A stretch of DNA of 64,000 nucleotides, taken from Saccostrea echinata (Eukaryota). Shown piece after piece: positions 9,854 through 21,165 of the stretch (positions are counted from its first letter, which is position 1; every line of letters starts with the position of its first letter). The notes beneath the pieces were generated by a model that saw only the letters and a program-made list of their open reading frames with translations, ran no database searches and was not told the DNA's origin. The stretch is from contig NW_026889772.1 of the NCBI RefSeq assembly GCF_033153115.1, forward strand, positions 9,238,001-9,302,000, written 5' to 3'. The position numbers and the translations under genes were made by a program.

Positions 9854-10372
9854 TGAATAAGTCACAAATGTAAATATAAGTAATAAGGTATCATTTTAAA
9901 CATCTATCGGGCTATAAATACGGGTTGGTACGAGATCAAATTTACCATAGAATTTGATCTCGTGACCAACCCGTATTTGTATCCCGATAGATGTTTAAAA
10001 ATGATACCTTATTTCTTAACTAAATCAGTAGTATTCAGCGTTCTTGGTTATTTCCAAATGTAAAAAAAAATGTAAATTCTCATTCTGTAACTACATAATT
10101 AAAATTTTCAGATTTCCTGGGAAAACGCCATATTTGTGATCGTCAAACATGGTAGCAAAAGCAATACAAGGGCAATAAGAAATACTGTTTATAAAAAATC
10201 ATTCTGGTATAAATACACATTGAAACATATTTCACACAACACATAAGTAAGGTTGTCCATCAACTTTCACCTATTCATCAAAAAAAAAAAGGATCTTAAA
10301 TAGGATTATTGTGACATTTTCATCCTTGTACAAATAAAGCCTGGAAATACTGAACAAAACTTGTTACTTTAT

Positions 10373-12292
10373 TTATTTATCAGATTGTGCTTTAAATTCA
10401 TACACTTTTGAAGTCCCCATGTTAGTTCCTACAAAACACAAGTAAGAATTTTCTTTAAATCTTATACATCTTGGAGAATTAACATTGAAAATCTTTAATA
10501 ATTCTCCTTTCGGTGACAGAGCATGAATGTTATTGCTATCTTTGCCAGCGACAAATATATTTCCAGCGAAGTCTAAATCAAGGCCATATGGATACTTTAG
10601 ATTTTCATGTTTATATGAGTAAATCTTCTGTCCCTCCTCATTCATAATGACAACACTGTGAGATAAACAACTGGAGCTGATTATTTCATTGTTTTTGTTG
10701 ACTGCAACAGAAAATGTTGATGTTTCAGTTACAAATTTCCTAACAATGTTTCCATCAATATCCAACTTCACTATGAAGTCAACACAAGCAGCATAGATAA
10801 ATGCTGAGGAACAAACTAATGCACATATACTATTTTCAAGTTTAAAATACTCCTGTCTATGAAGGAAACTATCTTTGGAGACCTTTTCAATTAATCCTTT
10901 TTGATTCTCATGAGATCTCCAAAAAGATACTAGCATCAATTCTTGATTCAGAGAAAGTATATCTCTTGGTGCCCTTGGAAAACTGACTTTGTCAACAAGT
11001 TGTCCACCGCAGAAATGAAGACAGCGATTAGATTTTGCATCGGCTAAATAAATATTTTCCTTTGGCATGAAACATCCACCAGTGATATCACCTTCTGAAT
11101 CAGCTAGTTCACATATCATGTGAAGAGTAGCACATGTCAAATCAATGGTACACGGCCAAAGTTTATAAGAATCTGTTTCAAATCTCAAATCAGCAAACAT
11201 TGAAATGTTTAAAATCCTTTTCAATTCCTCTGATGCACTTGTCTTTAAGGTTATTTTCAGCTGAGACATATCTTGTTGCATAACAAAAGACAACTGCTTT
11301 TTTATGTTGTAGAATTTCTTGATAAAAACTGATGGAGATTTCTCCATTATACTGTTTAAAATCTGAGAAAACCTGTCCAACAAAATTTGCTGATCAGAAA
11401 AAGCATCTACAATAACAGCAATTTTGTCTCTATTTTCCTTTGCACCTCTTGCAAGATGTGTTAAACTTTTTTCCAATAAAGTTTCAACATGGGTTACAAT
11501 ATCATCTCTTAAGTTTGTGTACTCCTTTGTAATTCCGTCGACTTCATTATCAAGATCTTTAATATTGTTTTCTCCCTCTGTTTTAGCTTTGATGAGTGCA
11601 TTTTTATACTTCTGGATATTCAGGAGAAGGCTTTCTGTACTTTGAGACTCTTTAAGCTTTTGAACAGCTTCTTCCGCTGTGTCAATTTTTGTACAAGTTC
11701 TGTGCTCTCTACAAACACACTGAGTGCAACAGGGTTCTTCATGATCAACACAAAAATATTTTGTTTTTTTCTTATGGTTCTGACAATAAGAATAAACTTC
11801 ATCATCATCATCTTCCTCAAGTAATTTATTATATTCACTGATTGAAATTACTTTGTGACTCCGACTTACGATGTTTCTCCTGTGGGCTTTGGCACATGGG
11901 GGGCAGAGTAATTCTGTGCAAGCTTTACACCAATCACTTGCTACTTCCTCTTCATTCTCACGTTTACACGCATCACAGATCCTGTCACTTTTTTCACTCA
12001 TTACTTGGACCATTTTATTGATCGGGAAGTGTTCTGTCCATTTGTCTGGTTTTCCGGGAAATATTGGTGCGGGTGCGAAATTTCTGCAGAGTGGACATGG
12101 AAATCCTACAGGGTTCTTCTTTTTATTACATGTGGCCAGAATATAGGCTGATAAACAGTTGTGGCAAAATATGTGAGAACATGGAAGGTGTCTAGGGGTT
12201 TTAAATGACTCAAAGCATATTGAACAAACCGTTGGCTTTGCAGAGACAGTACCGGTTTCCTCAGATGATCCAGATTTGTGTGAGGAGTCCAT
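10373..12292 (-). CDS. Intronless tripartite-motif E3 ubiquitin ligase (RING, two B-boxes, coiled coil, NHL-like beta-propeller; TRIM2/3/56/71-like), 639 aa
   Basis: RING CSICFESF..LPCSHIFCHNC..CPLCR; B-box1 CDAC..CKAC..CPPCAKAH..H; B-box2 CQNH..FCVDHEEPCCTQC..HRTC; helical region; C-terminal YPYGLDLDFAGNIFVAGKDSNNIH NHL-like repeat. Confidence 0.93.
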   Translation of the reverse strand: MDSSHKSGSSEETGTVSAKPTVCSICFESFKTPRHLPCSHIFCHNCLSAYILATCNKKKNPVGFPCPLCRNFAPAPIFPGKPDKWTEHFPINKMVQVMSEKSDRICDACKRENEEEVASDWCKACTELLCPPCAKAHRRNIVSRSHKVISISEYNKLLEEDDDDEVYSYCQNHKKKTKYFCVDHEEPCCTQCVCREHRTCTKIDTAEEAVQKLKESQSTESLLLNIQKYKNALIKAKTEGENNIKDLDNEVDGITKEYTNLRDDIVTHVETLLEKSLTHLARGAKENRDKIAVIVDAFSDQQILLDRFSQILNSIMEKSPSVFIKKFYNIKKQLSFVMQQDMSQLKITLKTSASEELKRILNISMFADLRFETDSYKLWPCTIDLTCATLHMICELADSEGDITGGCFMPKENIYLADAKSNRCLHFCGGQLVDKVSFPRAPRDILSLNQELMLVSFWRSHENQKGLIEKVSKDSFLHRQEYFKLENSICALVCSSAFIYAACVDFIVKLDIDGNIVRKFVTETSTFSVAVNKNNEIISSSCLSHSVVIMNEEGQKIYSYKHENLKYPYGLDLDFAGNIFVAGKDSNNIHALSPKGELLKIFNVNSPRCIRFKENSYLCFVGTNMGTSKVYEFKAQSDK

Positions 12293-13244
12293 GATGATCC
12301 AAAACAGACAGTAGATTCATGACGGGAATACAAGAATGCCGATCCCGATTCATGTTCTAGATTTATCTCGTCGGTCTATGAAGTTTGACTTATGTGCAGA
12401 CTCTTCAGGCAAACCCAACGGGATAAAGATTGTCCCCCCCCCCCCCAAAAAAAATAAAATTAAAAAAATATATATAAATCTCCCATCCCTTTAATGTATT
12501 TGAAAAACTGAAGTTCCCAAATTATCATGCTCTATAATATTTTCCTTCTCAGTACACACTAATTAATTTTTTATGCCAAAGAAACGGAGACATGCAAGAA
12601 GAATGTTTAAAAATCTCAGCTGAAATCTCATATAACACGGATCATGGTGTCATTCCCATATCGCATACAGTTTTCATCGTTCAGGACGGAATGGAAGGAT
12701 TGACAAATTTTGGTCGCTCTTCAGAAAAAAAGGAAGAGTACATGTAGGTATCATGCCACTATTAATATAAGCTATAAAGCAAAGTTAATGATTTAATTTA
12801 TAAGCTTTATGCCATTTAATTCGGTATAATAATTATGCAACATAGAGTTGACGCTCTTGATATTGTCAGATGGGAAACGGACACTTTCAATTCAAGAAAA
12901 ATATCTCATTCAAGTATCTTTTTTCAGTAGTTCTGATTTTCTCTTTTATACTTTCTACTCAGATCCATTTCTTTAGTTGTAACATAATCTTTTTTATTCC
13001 AAATGCTTAAATGGAATTAGTTTAAAAAAATAAATTTATATGATTTCAATTTTATGCATGTAAACGGCTCTAACCATTTTCAAAAACATCCTAACTTTAA
13101 AAGTATTTTTAGGAATTTACCATACCTTATCTTGTTATTTGCGAAAGATATGATTCATTAGGATTTATTAAAAATTGACATACATGCACTAATTTTATTC
13201 TTGTAAATTAATCTCGGGCGAATAGAAATTTTATTGACGTAAAA

Positions 13245-13825
13245 CAGGTGAAAATAACAAACAGCAATCAATCTCACAAATCCATCAAAACAAAAACACG
13301 GACCGCTAGAAAATCCAGAGGTGGGATCAGGTGTCTAGGAGGAGTAAACATCCTCCTGTCGACCGGTCACACCCGCCCTGAACCAAATGTATCGATCAGG
13401 TAGACGGACTACTCCCTAGTCAAATTTAGGATAAAATAAATGACCTAACAAATGATATAAAATATGTCAAACAAAATACAACCAACGATAGGTTGTATTT
13501 ACAAACAAGGTAATTATAACGACCATTTGCATAAGTCTGACTTTTAAATGGGTTGTTGAAATCCTTGTAGTGTCAAGTTATTTGTCAGTAGCTTGCCTTG
13601 GTTTAAAAAGTGATCGTATTTAGAGCATGCTTTTCATATCGAATCGGTTGGGAGACAAAAACACCTTATGAAGGTGATTTTGGAATATTGCTATATATAA
13701 ATAAGGGAATTTGACGATGGAAAAGCTGATTTAGAAGTATTCCCATTTGTCATACAGTTTAGTTATTAGTTGTCCATTATCGTCTATAGTCAGTAAAACA
13801 TCCAAATATGAAACAGATGAGGCAA
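13245..13825 (-). mobile_element. Penelope-like retroelement 3' fragment, degenerate (subfamily A tail)
   Basis: Contains the shared 3' motif (plus strand gaggtgggatcaggtg...accggtcacacccgcc) and a decayed RT C-terminus homologous to 28470-29460. Confidence 0.75.
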
Positions 13826-14330
13826 ACTCTGTAGTGACTTTTATTTAGATTTCAATGAGATATATCGATTCGACTTTATAAATGAAAGTAATATTAATTG
13901 ATAAATTTAAATGTTGAGTTGAAAGTCACCACTACTTCTGAATAAATTCTGCTTCATGAAAATTAAAAGAAAAAAAAACAGGTTGAGTAAAGTTTGTTTT
14001 CTTGTTGATCTATTTAAAATATACTGAAAGGTGTGTCGTTGGTTTCAAATATCTTGAGGGGTGATTTAGAATAATTGAATATAATGAATAATATGATTTT
14101 AGATTGTAAGAACTAAAATTAATATATAAAATAAATATAATTTGCTGGTTACCAGTGGAATGCGTTTTCTTGTAAGATGTATAAGGCAGGTTTAAACAAT
14201 AGTTGCTTCGGAATCAGTTGTAGTCTTGATTCTTTGTTGCTGCACAGTTCAATTTTTCTATCAACCTCCATTAGGAAGGAAAGATTGTTGTATTTTTCTG
14301 AGAAAACTTAATCGCAGAATTTAACTTAAG

Positions 14331-14626
14331 TGCCCCGTTCGAGTGCGTATTAAATACTTAATTCGCAGTAAGTTACTGCGATTTAAGTTTGAACTGCGTT
14401 CACATGGAGAATTTAATGCGAAGTAGTTTAATTCAATTAATTACTGCTCATCAAGTTACTTCGCATTACCTCCGTGTGAATGCTAAGCGAAGCTAATTCG
14501 AATTAAATTCTGCATAATGGCAAAATTAAGTCACATGCCACATTTCGATGGTCAGATATAGATGCTATTTTTGTGTGCAGTAACTTAACGTTTAATTCTA
14601 ATTAAACTCTCAGTGTCAACAGGGCA
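14331..14626. mobile_element. MITE with imperfect TIRs upstream of the GPCR
   Basis: Termini TGCCCCGTTCGAGTG ... CAGTGTCAACAGGGCA, TAAG on both flanks, internal palindromic TTAATTCG/CGAATTAA motifs. Confidence 0.5.
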
Positions 14627-15074
14627 TAAGTACACTTGTCAGAAAACATCTTTTTTTTTTATCATTTTTGCTATATATACAGTTTTCATTGTGAAGATGA
14701 TGGAATATAATACGAATACTTCTAAAACCACTGATCAAGTTCTCAATTATTCTATTTGTTTAAACGCGGAAGAAACAGTAAAACCACTTGAGTTCGGCTA
14801 CAGTTATCTTAATTGACGCATCCGGTGAATCATGGTTTTTTGAATGACAAAATTCCCAATATAGAAAACACAAATAACAAAACAATTGAGTACTTTCCTT
14901 GGAATAAATCCATTTCTATGTGTAAAAATTATTCGCACTCAAAAATAGTTACAGGATCACCCATAATTTTAAGTGAAAATGCATTTACTTTTGTTAAGAA
15001 CTTATAAAGCTTTATAAAACATAAAGCATGGAGGAGTAAGAAAGAAAATTGTGAAGGCGACAAGAAGAGACGAG

Positions 15075-16169
15075 ATGGATAACAGTTCTGCAACTGGTAT
15101 GGAGCAAACCACAATTGATCTTGGGAGTTTTAATGACGCCTACATCCAGCGATGCCTCCCCAACACAATAGTGATACTGTTTTTCCTGTTTGTTGGAGTG
15201 TTAGGAAATTCTCTCATTCTCTATGTGTACGAGTTCCGTTTTCCACGATCCGACGGACGGTACTACATCGGTGCTTTAGCATTTTGTGATCTTGGAGCTA
15301 TAATTTTTACATCTGTGTTAAATCTTTTACAGAACTTAACGAAATACGTGTTTCCTGGAGATGCAGTCTGTAAGGGCGTTTTGTACCTTAGTTACGCTTT
15401 CATTAATACTTCCTTGTTTCTTTGGAACGTTATTGCAGTCCAGAGATTTCGCAAAATTTGCCGGCCTTTTTCTTGGCAAATGAGGCCCAAATGGAGGAAG
15501 TGGTGCATCGTGATCTGTGCCGGGTTATCATTTACATTTTATTCGCCAGTTTTCTATTTTTATGGGATACATGAGGTCGTTTTCACAAATAGCAATATTA
15601 CAGTATTTGTCTGCCAGCAAACAAAGACGCATACATTTGAACTGAAAATTTTTCAAGGAATAGGATTCGTCCTTTCCATTTTAAATGTGATGGCTATTAT
15701 ATTTATTTACGTCATCGTTTCTATCAAAATCTATAAGGTCATGCGAGGAGTCCGAAAAGCACGTGCGGAAAGCATTAGAAGTGTAACTAACACTTGGCCT
15801 ACAACAACGTCATCAATAATGGAAGACCGATCAGCCGGCACCGCTGCGGAGCAAAACCCTACCAGAATTTCAAGCACTATTTCAAAATCTCAAACTGCAG
15901 CTCAAAAATTAGAACACACCATTGCGTTTACATTTATGACAATTCTTCTTATGGGTTTGCTTTCCTATGCGCCCTCACGATATTTGTTGGTTTACGAGAC
16001 TTTAAATCCAAACTTTTGGGACAATTTAGATAACAGTAAATTCAATTTCTATCTGTTTCTAAGAAGGTTATACGTTATAAACCATTCTTGCAATGTCTTT
16101 ATTTATGCAATATTTGATTCCATGTTTCGGAAGGAAGTTAGAAATCTCATTGGAAGGAGCTCTTCGTAG
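15075..16169 (+). CDS. Intronless class A (rhodopsin-like) orphan GPCR, peptide-receptor-like, 364 aa
   Basis: First ATG at 15075 (the track ORF starts at GTG 15051). Seven hydrophobic segments: TM1 GVLGN, TM2 LAFCD, TM3 Cys (AVCK) and QRF in place of DRY, ECL2 Cys, TM6 SYAP, TM7 NVFIY, helix 8 FRKEV. N-glycosylation sequon NSS near the N-terminus. Confidence 0.93.
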   Translation: MDNSSATGMEQTTIDLGSFNDAYIQRCLPNTIVILFFLFVGVLGNSLILYVYEFRFPRSDGRYYIGALAFCDLGAIIFTSVLNLLQNLTKYVFPGDAVCKGVLYLSYAFINTSLFLWNVIAVQRFRKICRPFSWQMRPKWRKWCIVICAGLSFTFYSPVFYFYGIHEVVFTNSNITVFVCQQTKTHTFELKIFQGIGFVLSILNVMAIIFIYVIVSIKIYKVMRGVRKARAESIRSVTNTWPTTTSSIMEDRSAGTAAEQNPTRISSTISKSQTAAQKLEHTIAFTFMTILLMGLLSYAPSRYLLVYETLNPNFWDNLDNSKFNFYLFLRRLYVINHSCNVFIYAIFDSMFRKEVRNLIGRSSS

Positions 16170-16437
16170 GTTTACAATAAAGATTTTGCAAAAAATTGAA
16201 ATGAAATCATTGGGGTTATTTTTTGTGAGAAGTTGAAATATTACAATAAATACATGTATGTTACCGGTATCTGTTGGGTTTTTAAAACTATGGTTGTAAT
16301 GAGAAACAATAATGTAACGTTCATGATCAGAACCATCAAAAAAGGTAGTTAAAATTTGTAACAATTTATCATTCTAAAGAAATGACGAAATCTTAAGGTT
16401 CCAGAAATGTTCCAATTAAAACTTCAAGTGAAACTTT

Positions 16438-17818
16438 TGTAAAATATATTCTCAAAATATCAAAGTATGTAAAGCCCAGTGAGTATGACTTGGGAGATAT
16501 ATTATGGCAGTAACTGTGGTTATATAATTTTACAAAGTTTTGATTGAATGTATCTATTTTTAATTTTACTATATCATAAATTTATTAAACGTTAGATATA
16601 CTAGATTTTTGGGATTTTCAAATGTTTTTAGTCAGTATTGCTTCCTATTGGAATTTCTCTGAGAGTTTTGCGTCCTTTTGGCAACACTCATTCTATCTAA
16701 ATGTGCGTTTTTAATTTTTGAGTTACCATGGCCACAAAAATTAATAACCCAAAATATTTTTTTCCTGGTAAAATTAACTGTCACCATATATATTCTTGGG
16801 GGTTATGTTTAACAGCTCCTTGTTTGTCAGATTTTCTTAGATTTTTATTATTGTGCAGGACCTGGCATGTCATTTCTATTTCAACAAAGGGTTATAACTG
16901 ACAAAAATTCATATATTTTAGGAGTGACTCTAATTCCTGGCCAAATTATTCGAGTATAACCTGGTTTGGGTCAGTTTACGCTTTATAATCCGGAATTTGG
17001 CCAAGAATTAGAGTCATCAGAGTCATTCCTTATAATTTAATTTTAAAATCATTAAATAACTACATAATGGGTGTGAAATTTCGTTACTTTTTATTAGTTC
17101 AACTTTGCCGCTCAATAATACAACCGTAGTAACGGAAGTGATGGGAATCGAGGGGAGGTAAAATCTGATACATAGGCCTAGCAGCCATGTTGTTTGTTTA
17201 CATGTGGTAAGATCGAATTATTTTTGGAAATTAAAGGTACATTTGTTAAATCTGGAATTTTCCATGAATCCCGAGGACTGGAAATGAGAGGATTGTCTGG
17301 ATACAGATGATTCAGCTGGTTGTCAAGGGGGGGGGGGGGGGGGTCCCCATACCAAACCATGTTATACAGAAATAATTTGTGTTCCTTTTTGGATATTAAC
17401 CAGAGGCTAGAATACAAACAAAAATAAATTATTTACAATTAACATATTTGCTGTTATGTATTCATGTATAACACTAAGATATATGGATCTCAATAATGTG
17501 CTTAAAATGTCGGTATAATGTATTCAAGTTTTAATTTAAGACAAAGATTCATTGTGGTGTATATGAATACAAATGCACATGCTAAAAAACAAAATAACAT
17601 ACAAACATAAGTGGTACTAATGTAAAATATATACTCAAAATATCAATGTAAAGCCCAGAGAGTATGACTTGGGAGATATATTATGGCATTAACTGAGGTT
17701 ATCTAAATTGTACGAAGTTCCTATGGAATATTTCTATTTTTAATCTTACTGTACCATAAAGATTTTAAAAGTTAGATATACATGTACTAAATTTAGTGGA
17801 TTTTCGAATGTTTTTAGT
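16438..17818 (+). repeat. Diverged ~195-bp direct repeat (16438-16634 and 17620-17818)
   Basis: Both copies share gtaaaatata..ctcaaaatatcaa..tgtaaagcccag.gagtatgacttgggagatatattatggca... through aatgtttttagt. Confidence 0.8.
16920..17030. mobile_element. Palindromic end of a non-autonomous DNA element
   Basis: Inverted arms TGACTCTAATTCCTGGCCAAATT ... AATTTGGCCAAGAATTAGAGTCA. Confidence 0.55.
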
Positions 17819-18034
17819 TAGGTATGGTTGTTCAGAGTTCGTAATTCTACAATTTCATGATATAAATATTCAAAGATTTAAAGATAGTTATCACTCCTTT
17901 GATAAAGCTGTAAAAAAAATATTGAATTCTTGTTAATATTTACCTGAGGAAGTGCTTTTTGTGTTAGAAATGTTTCTATTACTTGTTTGTATTCTTAACA
18001 TTGACAACTTTTAGGTGAAAATGACGGATACAAG

Positions 18035-18520
18035 TACACTTAGAGCAACACTTAGAACGACTCTGTCGCAATACACTTAGAACAACCCTGTAGCAGTACC
18101 ATTAGAACAACTTATTAGCAGTACAATTTGAATAGCTCTGAAGCAATAAACTTAGAAAAACTCTGTAGCAATGGACTTAGAACAACTCTGTAGCAGTACT
18201 TCCGGTATTAGAACGACTCTGTAGCAATACACTTAGAACAACTCTTTAGCAATACACTTAGAACAACTCTTTAGCAATACACTTAGAACAACTCTGTAGT
18301 AATACACTTAGAGCAACTCTGTAGTAATACACTTAGAACAACTCTATAGTAATACACTTAGAACAACTCTGTAGCAGTACTTCCGGTATTAGAACGACTC
18401 TGTAGCAATACACTTAGAACAACTCTTTAGCAGTACACTTGGAACAACTCTTTAGCAATACACTTAAATCAACTCTGTAGCAATGTACTTAGAACAACTC
18501 TGTAGCAATACACCTGAAAC
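18035..18520 (+). repeat. 25-bp minisatellite (TAGCAATACACTTAGAACAACTCTG)n, ~19 units
   Basis: Tandem units visible directly. Two units are a 31-bp variant containing TTCCGGTA and lie 181 bp apart. Confidence 0.92.
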
Positions 18521-19063
18521 ATCTCTCTATAAAAAAGCTAAAGATAACGAATGTTTTTTAATATAGTATTCAGTTATAGCGGTTATTTTTGAGTGAGGAG
18601 CCATATGGATTTCACATATAGATCACTCTAGAGTTTTAGCATGTGATGAATAAATAAGGTATAAAGTCCTAAACTACAAATACTTCAAAATACTCTTTAC
18701 TAGAAGTACGTATACATGCACTTCACAACAAATGGTTACAAACTTAAAAAGTATAAAAGTAAGTTCTGAATATAATTATGTAAATCCAGGATGATGTTGC
18801 CGAATAAGTCAATTAAATAAAATTTAAAACCTAAATAATTGTTTGTTAAATCTAGTCCGACAACCTATTTGTATTTTACATTATTATACCTTTTGTCAAA
18901 GGGAGGGAGAAACCCCAGATTGTTGCCTATTACACAATGAAGCGTAAACGGAAATCCCTTGGAGTACAAAAAGCACTTGAATGGTATACCAGAGAAATGA
19001 AATACATAATGACAGTTAATTGATTTTTGCTGTAAACCTGGATTCATATAGTACTTATACGCT

Positions 19064-19231
19064 NNNNNNNNNNNNNNNNNNNNNNNNNNNNNNNNNNNNN
19101 NNNNNNNNNNNNNNNNNNNNNNNNNNNNNNNNNNNNNNNNNNNNNNNNNNNNNNNNNNNNNNNNNNNNNNNNNNNNNNNNNNNNNNNNNNNNNNNNNNNN
19201 NNNNNNNNNNNNNNNNNNNNNNNNNNNNNNN
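19064..19231. other. Assembly gap
   Basis: Run of N. Confidence 0.99.
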
Positions 19232-19388
19232 CTTAAACTAACATAACTGCCCTAAGTGAAGAAATATTAATATAGAAAGCACATGGAAATTCACTTTTAT
19301 AAGGATACCCACTTCCGCTCGGCTATCTAGGCAAGTCAAAAAACTTGCTTTCGATGCCGAGCGGTCTAACGCGCTGTTCCTGTACTGC

Positions 19389-19475
19389 TTGGAGGTCCGT
19401 GTTTGCTCTGATCCCGATCTTTATTATTTACATGGACTTTGAGCTTGAATACTGTTTGTTATCTCCATATTTCAT
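19389..19475 (+). mobile_element. Penelope-like extreme 3' end (subfamily B tail)
   Basis: GGAGGTCCGTGTTTGCTCTG...TTTGAGCTTGAATACTGTTTGTTATCTCCATATTTCAT matches 22800-22885. Confidence 0.7.
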
Positions 19476-19669
19476 CTCAAAATAGATAGATAATCAAAAA
19501 GAAAGTGTTTGTCATACACATAAAACAAGAGCCATAACTCTGAAATTGAAATGTAACTGAAAAGATGTGATTTTTCTGCCTAAGGATTTACTTTGACTTC
19601 CTTTTAAGGTCATCATTTTTACCTTTGCCAATGGTTACAGCCATACCCCGTTTGAAACAAATTTCATTA

Positions 19670-20229
19670 GCTCTACTGGTACTTAAAGCAAAGGAGGAGA
19701 AAATTAGCACTTGGACTTAAAACTTTGCAACAGCAATAAGTAGAATAACGATCATTGGTTAAGTCTCTTTTGGCAAGATTTATTGCAATCAGACTAAAAC
19801 TGTAGGAAGAGTAGCCTTTTCGAAGAATTTCACAGAAATTTCTAATTTTAGTGACCATGGCAATACCATTCATCAAAATAAAAAAAAAAACGATAAAGAC
19901 AATTTTGTATCTCAGTGTAGTCTACTTGCATGAAAAGTTATATTAAAATCAGACCAAACTGTAGGAGGAGTAGTGTTTAAAAAGTATTTCACAAAAAACT
20001 CTATTTTTAGTAACCTTGGCAACACCATTCATCGACATTAAAAACCGATTTACAGAATTATTTATCTTAGTGTAGTCTACTTGTGTGTCAAGTTATATTG
20101 AAATCAGAATAAAACTGTAGGAGGAGAGCATTTTGAAAAATTGTTTACAGACAGATGGACAGACGGACGGACAACGGACATCATACTATCGCATTAGCTC
20201 TTCTGGTCTCTGACCAGTAGAGCTAAAAA
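19670..20229 (+). mobile_element. Helentron-associated interspersed element (HINE/pearl-like)
   Basis: AGCTCTACTGGT near the start is inverted to ACCAGTAGAGCT at the end. Internal ~165-bp diverged repeats (AAACTGTAGGAGGAGTAG), a (GACG/GACA)n microsatellite at 20147-20180, and a terminal hairpin TTAGCTCTTCTGGTC..GACCAGTAGAGCTAAAA. Confidence 0.7.
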
Positions 20230-20509
20230 TGATAATGCACATTGCGTGGCAGAATACTCAAGGAAAACGAACTCTTTCAATAATCTTTTGTTAAAATTTA
20301 CAAAGCTTTATACACTTGTTTTTGTTTGTTTGGGTTTTTCTTATTTTTGTTAACTTTAAACAGATTCTCATATTTGTATACATTTGGGTTTACAATATAA
20401 TAATAAGATAGATATAATGAATTTGCTTGTTTTAGTATTGTATCAGTACAATTGAATAAATAATGAAACAGAATTTTCCACTTGCTGTAGCCTTCACTCA
20501 TCATTAAAA

Positions 20510-21165
20510 TATATTGACGGCGTATTATCAATTAATAAATAGTTAATTTCATGCATGTGTCGACTCGATATATCCCAGTGAACTTGAAAGAAAAGATATC
20601 ACAGAGGCTGATACATTTGTTTCATATTTGGATACTTTACTAGAGAAAGACGTTAATGGTAACCTTACAACAAAATTTTATGATAAACTGAACACTTCAA
20701 CTTTTTTTATCCTCAATTCCCTTACTTGTGTAGCAATATAACTTATCACCGACATAATTATAGGGTTTATTTCTCCTAGTTGTTCCGATACGCAAGAGCA
20801 TGCTCCACGTACAAACAATTTTTAAAATGAGGCAAGCTTATGACAAACAAGTTGATGAAACAAGGATATCAACAGTCTCGTTCAAAGTCATCATTTCGCA
20901 AATTCTATGGTCGATACATTAACCTTTTCAGTAAATACATTTTATCATTTAGGCCATTATTTAAACACTGAATTGTCCACTTATATTTCCGTTTGCCCGA
21001 TCATGACAATGAGCACACAGCGGGTGTGACTGGTCGACTAAGGATATGTACTCCTCTATGGCACCTGGTCCCACCTCTGATTTTTTTTTTTAGAGATTTG
21101 TGTTTGCTCTGCTCCCGAATTGTATTTTTTCAATGGAATTTTGAGTGCTATCTCCTAATGTCATA
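20510..21165 (+). mobile_element. Penelope-like retroelement RT C-terminus plus 3' motif, degenerate
   Basis: Decayed YIDD...IYP..LE.KD..SYLD..LYDK..RYARAC..KFYGRY segments, followed by the shared 3' motif at ~21010-21105. Confidence 0.8.

Larger units (their letters stand above)
213..10018. mobile_element. Small non-autonomous palindromic DNA element (~400 bp once the Gypsy is removed: 213-447 plus 9858-10018), Crypton-like by architecture
   Basis: 15-bp inverted repeat TTATATTTACATTTG (220-234) / CAAATGTAAATATAA (9865-9879), then a ~140-bp near-perfect palindrome (9877-10018). TATTTCTT is directly repeated at both ends (213-220, 10010-10017). Family assignment is inference. Confidence 0.6.

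Noticed and set aside
9854-12292. TRIM gene next to a retrotransposon as a linked restriction-factor/target system
   Set aside because: The insertion is very recent and TRIM genes are numerous in bivalves; nothing in the sequence indicates a functional link.
18035-18520. Regularly spaced repeats (also 35455-35732 and 58435-59665) as CRISPR arrays
   Set aside because: Head-to-tail tandem repeats without unique spacers, in a eukaryotic context with no cas genes.
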